Part shown: in pieces, positions 7,449-11,971 of the stretch
How positions within the stretch are numbered: position 1 is the stretch's first letter
Layout: every line of letters starts with the position of its first letter
Origin: a virus
Taxonomy: Duplodnaviria > Heunggongvirae > Uroviricota > Caudoviricetes
Virus record (IMG/VR): IMGVR_UViG_2778261454_000011
Location: 1 to 11,971 of that record
Length of the DNA stretch: 11,971 nucleotides
Strand: one strand, 5' to 3'
Notes under the pieces: model-generated
What the model was told of the DNA's origin: nothing
What the model saw: only the letters and a program-made list of their open reading frames with translations
Databases searched by the model: none
Program-made: the position numbers and the translations under genes

Positions 7449-8378
7449 TTATTCTGATACTTCAGGTTGATATCTCTGGATTTCATCAATCAGCTCTGAT
7501 GAATATTTCGCACAAAGCCTATTAATAAATAATGGCTCAACACTTTTGCAATACGATAAATATCCTTGAAGAAATAGCCTTTTCTTCTCATCAAGAGCCT
7601 CCCATTTAAAAATAAGCGATTTAACCATCCTTTTTTTATCTCTCCCTAAGGATACTCCACCATCTGTTGTCAAAGTCACACCCGTAACCATCATTTTATT
7701 TTTCTTTGACATATGCAGTGTCTTTTTTCTATTAATCCATAGTTTTGATGGGTATTTTAAAGTTTTTAAATTCGAGCGTAAAAAAGGTGGTATTTGCTTC
7801 AATACATTTTCTTCGTTTGTTGAGAAGTACATATCATCAGCATAGCGTGTATATGTTACACCTTTTGAAAGACAAAATTCATTCAATATATGATCTAATT
7901 CATAGCATATAGCATTGCTTACCACAGGGGAACTAACAGCACCCATAGTCAGTCTCCCGTTAAAGCATACTATTTTTACCAGCAAATCAGTATCATCCTT
8001 TGACCAATCATCACTGAAGAAATGCTTGTTGTCGTTTATAAATCTCTCAACATCACTTTTCTTAATTGAATCAAAAAAACCTTCAAAGTCCATCTTAAGC
8101 ATAAAACGTTTAGCTTTGTGAATGCTTGCATGTTTGAACACTGATGAACCCTGCTGATATGCTACAGCATTTGGATGAATCGGCAATTTCGACAGAACAT
8201 TATCATGAAGTAATCTCTGCAAAACTTTTAATTCTTTAGAGGGCTGATAGACGATTCTTGTCCCACCGCCTTTTTTAGGTACAGAAAATTTACCATAATG
8301 CGAGTTAGCATCATTTGCAACTTTTAATATAAAATCAGCTTCTAACAGTAAAACTTTAGCTAGATACTCAATTAACAT
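7449..8378 (-). CDS. Retron-type reverse transcriptase
   Basis: A 309-aa ORF with RT motifs: IVYQPSKELKVLQ (finger region), KMDFEGFFDSI (motif A), YTRYADDMYFS (Y-x-D-D catalytic motif C) and a VTG triplet (MMVTGVTL) typical of retron RTs. Its ATG lies 1 nt after the stop of the upstream ORF. Confidence 0.8.
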   Translation of the reverse strand: MLIEYLAKVLLLEADFILKVANDANSHYGKFSVPKKGGGTRIVYQPSKELKVLQRLLHDNVLSKLPIHPNAVAYQQGSSVFKHASIHKAKRFMLKMDFEGFFDSIKKSDVERFINDNKHFFSDDWSKDDTDLLVKIVCFNGRLTMGAVSSPVVSNAICYELDHILNEFCLSKGVTYTRYADDMYFSTNEENVLKQIPPFLRSNLKTLKYPSKLWINRKKTLHMSKKNKMMVTGVTLTTDGGVSLGRDKKRMVKSLIFKWEALDEKKRLFLQGYLSYCKSVEPLFINRLCAKYSSELIDEIQRYQPEVSE

Positions 8379-8379
8379 A

Positions 8380-8622
8380 TCACATGATCCTTTCTAATTC
8401 TGCTTTGAATTTAGATATCATTATTAAATCGGATAATGATCTAGCTCTACTTCGTTGAATACTTTCAACTAAATCTTTCATCTTTTCATGATTAAAAAAT
8501 TTAATATAATCGACACATGAATAATGGGTCACGCCCTCAAATCGACTTTCCTTAAAAATCCCAAGAGCAACTCCAATAGAAACAATAAATGAAATATTTT
8601 TATTAATTTTATAATTTATCAA
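8380..8622 (-). CDS. Small ORF in frame with the upstream effector ORF (possible C-terminal effector fragment with a hydrophobic segment)
   Basis: An 80-codon ORF with a TTG start. It is in the same reading frame as 8665..9432 and separated from it by 14 sense codons and a single TAA. It contains the hydrophobic stretch ISFIVSIGVALGIF. Confidence 0.35.
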   Translation of the reverse strand: MINYKINKNISFIVSIGVALGIFKESRFEGVTHYSCVDYIKFFNHEKMKDLVESIQRSRARSLSDLIMISKFKAELERIM

Positions 8623-8664
8623 CCTGCCTGTGATATTAAATATCTCAGGAATTGTTATTGTACA

Positions 8665-9432
8665 TTAAGAAGATATAAGAACGAGAACAATAAATAATAT
8701 TATTTTTGGTGATTTTTTGTAATCTCCTATTGAATTTGTATTAGTTATGTTTGATTGAACTTTCCTATTTAGCCTTTCATTTATTTTAGGCATACACGTT
8801 AAAATTGTCTCAAATTCAGTATAGATTGTAGGGCCAAATTTGGATTCACTATCAACCCATTTTACGGGCCCTGTATTGATAAATGACTTATGACTTTCAA
8901 ACTTTTTATCTAATATAGGAAGAAGTTTTTTACGTAAAACAGGACTTAATGAAAATGCGCCCAATTCAGCTACAGTGCCATAACTCTCTACGAGAATAAT
9001 TACCACATCAGAAAAATCCGCAAGCCATTCTTCAAGTGATAACGCATTCACATTACTATGAGTTCCTAAATTGCTAATTACTTCCCATGCTAATTCTGCT
9101 CGAAAAGTAACAAATTCTTTATGATGCTTAGCAATATATTTTTCCAGCACCCCTCTATTTGAACAATAAGTCTCATCTCCTCCACAAATAAATAATACTT
9201 TTGGCAGGATATAATTAAAAGAATTCAAGTTACTTGGAAAAAAACTTGAAATAAAATTTTCTTTTGCTCGTAAATATCTAGGATGTTTAAACCACATAAC
9301 AATTAATGCCCATACAAGAGTTCCCGAGACACAAGTTAGCCTGGTGTCTATAAATGACACAAGGCTAACTTGTGTCGAGATACCAAGCAATCCATACGAG
9401 TTGGCTAAACACCAACCACTAGAAAGTAACAT
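8665..9432 (-). CDS. Retron effector candidate with a nucleoside 2-deoxyribosyltransferase-like (NDT-like) domain
   Basis: A 255-aa ORF carrying ...KVLFICGGDE... and ...VVIILVESYGTVAELGAFS..., which resemble the NDT-family motifs including the D/E-x-G-T-x-x-E-L-G catalytic region. The ATG at 9432 is preceded by AGGAAAG. It ends in a hydrophobic tail (KIILFIVLVLISS) followed by TAA. The start codon is uncertain. Confidence 0.55.
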   Translation of the reverse strand: MLLSSGWCLANSYGLLGISTQVSLVSFIDTRLTCVSGTLVWALIVMWFKHPRYLRAKENFISSFFPSNLNSFNYILPKVLFICGGDETYCSNRGVLEKYIAKHHKEFVTFRAELAWEVISNLGTHSNVNALSLEEWLADFSDVVIILVESYGTVAELGAFSLSPVLRKKLLPILDKKFESHKSFINTGPVKWVDSESKFGPTIYTEFETILTCMPKINERLNRKVQSNITNTNSIGDYKKSPKIILFIVLVLISS

Positions 9433-9455
9433 ATTGAATGTACTTTCCTGCTAAG

Positions 9456-9700
9456 GGCACAGCTAGGCTAGCACTAACATACGGATTATTCAAGTGAATG
9501 CAGCTCAGCGCGCGCTCGTATCCCCGCCACGCCTGCCCGCTTTATGTAGTGGTTTTCATGCAGGTGCATGATCTACGCAAAAGCCCGCCAGTTCTGGCGG
9601 GCCTTAGCAAAAACGATCCTCAAACGATCATGCAATCTCATGCAGCATAGACATGCACAGACGAGTAAAGCGAATCGGACTTTACGCAAGGTGAACTCCT
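9456..9700 (-). ncRNA. Candidate retron non-coding RNA (msr-msd) region
   Basis: A non-coding stretch upstream of the effector and RT operon that is dense in nested inverted repeats: TGCATGATC / GATCATGCA arms (about 9558..9660) enclose a GCCCGCCAG-N4-CTGGCGGGC hairpin (9584..9605), and a 12-bp palindrome CAGCGCGCGCTG lies near 9506..9517. An 8-9 bp inverted pair TGCTAAGG / CCTTAGCA near 9604..9612 and 9456..9464 could be a1/a2-like flanking repeats. The boundaries are not defined. Confidence 0.35.
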
Positions 9701-9874
9701 CAGCGGGTATAATCAGTATGTCGGAAAATCTCTAAAAATAAATAATTCGGTTAACAGGTATGCTTACAAAAGCATATATTTGATTAAAAATCATGTAAGG
9801 GGGAGGATCTCAAACTGAATCGCCACGGTTTTACAAATTTCGATAGTCTCTCTAACGTTTCGGCTGAGGTCAAA

Positions 9875-10300
9875 ATGAAAAGCTTTTACGTATTAATTTT
9901 AATTCTGGTTGCAAGCTTTGTTAGCGTCCCAGTTCAGGCGGTAACAGCTAAAAACTATGAGAAAGGAACTAAAGCTCAACAGAAATCAATATCTTACCTT
10001 TCATGTGCATTCTATGGCAGTAGCACACAATTAGATCCTAGCTACACGGGGCAAGTACCTACAGCCGATATCAAGATATTACAGAAAGCAGCTTACCACG
10101 CTTACAACGATGCGCTCTCATACTTTGGCTATGAGGAACCAGATCACGAACAACGCATAATTGATTATGCTGAATTTGTGGCGTCGCAAGAAGCTGTGTT
10201 ATGGGATAAGCCGGGAATGAATGGAAAGCAGGTAACACTAATTGCTCGTTCTCTCTACAATGAGAGTAACTGTAACTTGTTACTGGACTCAATTAAGTAG
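9875..10300 (+). CDS. Secreted or periplasmic protein of unknown function (signal peptide)
   Basis: A 141-aa ORF with GAGG 6 nt upstream of the ATG. The N-terminus MKSFYVLILILVASFVSVPVQA-VTA is a typical Sec signal peptide with an A-x-A cleavage site. I recognise no family for the mature part. Confidence 0.6.
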   Translation: MKSFYVLILILVASFVSVPVQAVTAKNYEKGTKAQQKSISYLSCAFYGSSTQLDPSYTGQVPTADIKILQKAAYHAYNDALSYFGYEEPDHEQRIIDYAEFVASQEAVLWDKPGMNGKQVTLIARSLYNESNCNLLLDSIK

Positions 10301-10459
10301 GAAAAAGATGGTATTTTGCCCGTAGTTTCAACCTTAATCTCCGAACCTGTCGCAGAACGGGCATTCACTCATCAAATAAACGCCACACCTAACGCCTCAC
10401 TGTACTCGTTGTTCAACCTTGCTGACGCCAGAACCAAGTTCAGACGCCAGCAACTTTTC

Positions 10460-10693
10460 TTAATGCAGCCAGCTGTCGTCTTCCCACACCTTCTGCATAA
10501 TTTTCATCACTTGTTTTCTTTCTTCGTCCAGTTGCAGTCCGGTCAGTTCCACACCGTTAGAGCTACCTTTGCGGATGCGAATTACCGTTTTGGGATACAG
10601 GGGGCGCAGATTGCGGTAAAGCTCTGATTCAAGGGCGTCCAGGGTAGACTGGCTAATCTTCTGCTCTTTATCGATCATTATTTCAATGCGCAT
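10460..10693 (-). CDS. dinI: DinI-family protein (SOS-associated RecA modulator homolog)
   Basis: A 77-aa ORF from ATG 10693..10691 with GAGGTG 6 nt upstream. The translation MRIEIMIDKEQKISQSTLDALESELYRNL...VMKIMQKVWEDDSWL aligns along its length with E. coli DinI (MRIEVTIAKTSPLPAGAIDALAGELSRRI...ILQETWESADDW). The track ORF start at 10765 is an unsupported extension. Confidence 0.75.
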   Translation of the reverse strand: MRIEIMIDKEQKISQSTLDALESELYRNLRPLYPKTVIRIRKGSSNGVELTGLQLDEERKQVMKIMQKVWEDDSWLH

Positions 10694-10703
10694 AAAAGTC
10701 ACC

Positions 10704-10892
10704 TCAACTGATGACGTCCATTGAGCGGTTGTATTCGTGAGTTCTGATTTTTGCCATGAGTTCATCAGTCAACTCAGAAACCCACTGCAGAGCCAGCCCC
10801 TTCTCTTCATCACTACACTCACTAGCCGCTACAAGCTTAAGAAAAAAATCAATGCGCTGGAGCTTCAAAGACTCCAAAAAATAGTCCTGCAT
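10704..10892 (-). CDS. Hypothetical 62-aa protein, first gene of a LexA-box-controlled operon
   Basis: A strong AGGAGG 4 nt upstream of ATG 10892. It ends 11 nt before the dinI-like start and lies directly downstream of the LexA boxes. No family was recognised. Confidence 0.5.
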   Translation of the reverse strand: MQDYFLESLKLQRIDFFLKLVAASECSDEEKGLALQWVSELTDELMAKIRTHEYNRSMDVIS

Positions 10893-10917
10893 CTTTCCTC
10901 CTATGACACCAAAACAA

Positions 10918-10950
10918 TACTGTATATATAATCACTGTTTATATTTACAG
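10918..10950. promoter_or_regulatory. LexA (SOS) operator: one consensus box plus an overlapping half-site
   Basis: CTGTTTATATTTACAG at 10935..10950 is a perfect CTGT-N8-ACAG SOS box with an AT-rich spacer. An overlapping TACTGTATATATAA left half-site lies at 10918..10931. Both sit in an AT-rich promoter-like region upstream of the orf62 and dinI-like genes on the - strand. Confidence 0.65.
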
Positions 10951-11212
10951 TATATAATAATCTTACTGATGTAAAACGTTTTTTTACGTTCATCAGCCTG
11001 ATATACCTGGTATTATTAAGAGCACGAATTGTTAACCCGCGTAATTAATACAGCTCCCGCCACTTATCATCTTCCTGCAAACGCTGGTTCCGATAGAAGA
11101 TACGCAGGCCTGCTCCTGACGGAATACTGCCGCCGCGAAGGAGTAAATCGACTTCTTTCTCGCTGCCATCAAATCCTCTGGACTTCAGTTCATAGACGAG
11201 CTGCTGTCGCTG

Positions 11213-11971
11213 ATGGTCTGTAATCCCCTTGCAACCGATCTCACATCTAAAATGTTTGCCCATTATCGAGATAAACGACTGACAGGTGAGATCTACTTCA
11301 GCGAGAAATGGAAGAAAGGGGCCAGCCCGGTCACCATTAACCTGGAGCAAAGCTATCTAAGTAGTGTTTTTAGCGAACTATCCCGCCTGGGCGAATGGTC
11401 GTATCCAAACCCACTGGAGAACATGCGAAAATTCACCATCGCAGAAAAAGAGATGGCATGGCTTACCCATGAGCAGATTGTTGAACTGCTGGATGATTGC
11501 AAACGTCAGGACCCAATTCTGGCACTGGTAGTCAAGATATGCTTAAGCACAGGCGCACGCTGGCGAGAAGCAATAAACCTTACCCGCTCACAGGTGACCA
11601 AATACCGAATTACCTTTGTCAGAACGAAGGGGAAGAAAAACAGAAGCATCCCTATCAGTAAAGAGCTTTACGAAGAGATCATGGCGCTCGATGGGTTCAA
11701 TTTCTTCACAGACTGCTATTTTCAATTTTTATCCGTGATGGAAAAAACGTCTATCGTGCTCCCTCGCGGTCAACTGACACACGTTCTGCGCCATACGTTT
11801 GCGGCGCATTTTATGATGTCGGGTGGAAATATCCTTGCTTTGCAAAAAATCCTCGGACATCACGACATAAAAATGACTATGCGTTACGCACATCTAGCAC
11901 CGGATCACCTGGAAACTGCATTACGGTTTAATCCGCTGGCAACACTACCAACATCAATAGCAAGTTTTTGA
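11213..11971 (+). CDS. int: Tyrosine recombinase / P2-type integrase, catalytic C-terminal part (N-terminus missing or frameshifted)
   Basis: The translation contains the catalytic signature of tyrosine recombinases: ...[11 protein letters not shown]... (Arg), ...[17 protein letters not shown]... (His-x-x-Arg), ...[15 protein letters not shown] (His, Tyr). It aligns with the C-terminal roughly 240 aa of P2 Int as recalled. The frame has an in-frame stop at 11144 and no arm-binding N-terminal domain. It runs to the window end at a TGA. Confidence 0.75.
   Translation: MVCNPLATDLTSKMFAHYRDKRLTGEIYFSEKWKKGASPVTINLEQSYLSSVFSELSRLGEWSYPNPLENMRKFTIAEKEMAWLTHEQIVELLDDCKRQDPILALVVKICLSTGARWREAINLTRSQVTKYRITFVRTKGKKNRSIPISKELYEEIMALDGFNFFTDCYFQFLSVMEKTSIVLPRGQLTHVLRHTFAAHFMMSGGNILALQKILGHHDIKMTMRYAHLAPDHLETALRFNPLATLPTSIASF

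Noticed and set aside
7449-8378. Identity with the Ec86 (Retron-Eco1) reverse transcriptase
   Set aside because: The family motifs are shared, but the sequence differs substantially from the Ec86 RT as I recall it. It is treated as a distinct retron of similar type.
10316-10931. + strand ORFs of 103 and 64 aa
   Set aside because: They are antisense to the dinI-like gene and to orf62, both of which have good ribosome-binding sites and, for dinI, family homology.
11045-11350. 101-aa ORF on the - strand
   Set aside because: It overlaps the integrase catalytic-domain frame on the opposite strand and has no recognisable family. It is probably a shadow ORF.
1-11971. CRISPR array or tRNA gene
   Set aside because: There are no regularly spaced direct repeats, and no tRNA-like cloverleaf or T-loop (GGTTCGANTCC-like) sequence.

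Overview
This window reads as a heavily deleted P2-family prophage remnant, about 11.7 kb, with both prophage ends present: an ogr-type late activator on the left (236..454, -) and the C-terminal part of a P2-type tyrosine integrase on the right (11213..11971, +). Between them lie surviving P2 backbone genes: a chimeric V/D tail ORF, tail completion S and R, lysis accessory lysC/lysB/lysA, an N-terminally truncated terminase P, and portal Q. At least three deletion junctions have removed the capsid genes, holin and endolysin, most tail genes, and the immunity and replication region. Two AT-rich cargo islands are embedded in this GC-richer backbone. The first (1263..3366, +) is a translationally coupled ABC-type ATPase plus a DUF4435/TOPRIM-like protein, which I read as a PARIS-like (AriA/AriB) anti-phage cassette. 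The second (7449..9720, -) is a retron-like module: a structured non-coding region, an NDT-like effector ORF interrupted by one in-frame TAA, and a reverse transcriptase. Also present are a secreted 141-aa protein of unknown function and a LexA-box-controlled small ORF plus DinI-like gene. All calls rest on motifs read by eye, gene order and remembered family sequences; no database search or computation was run.
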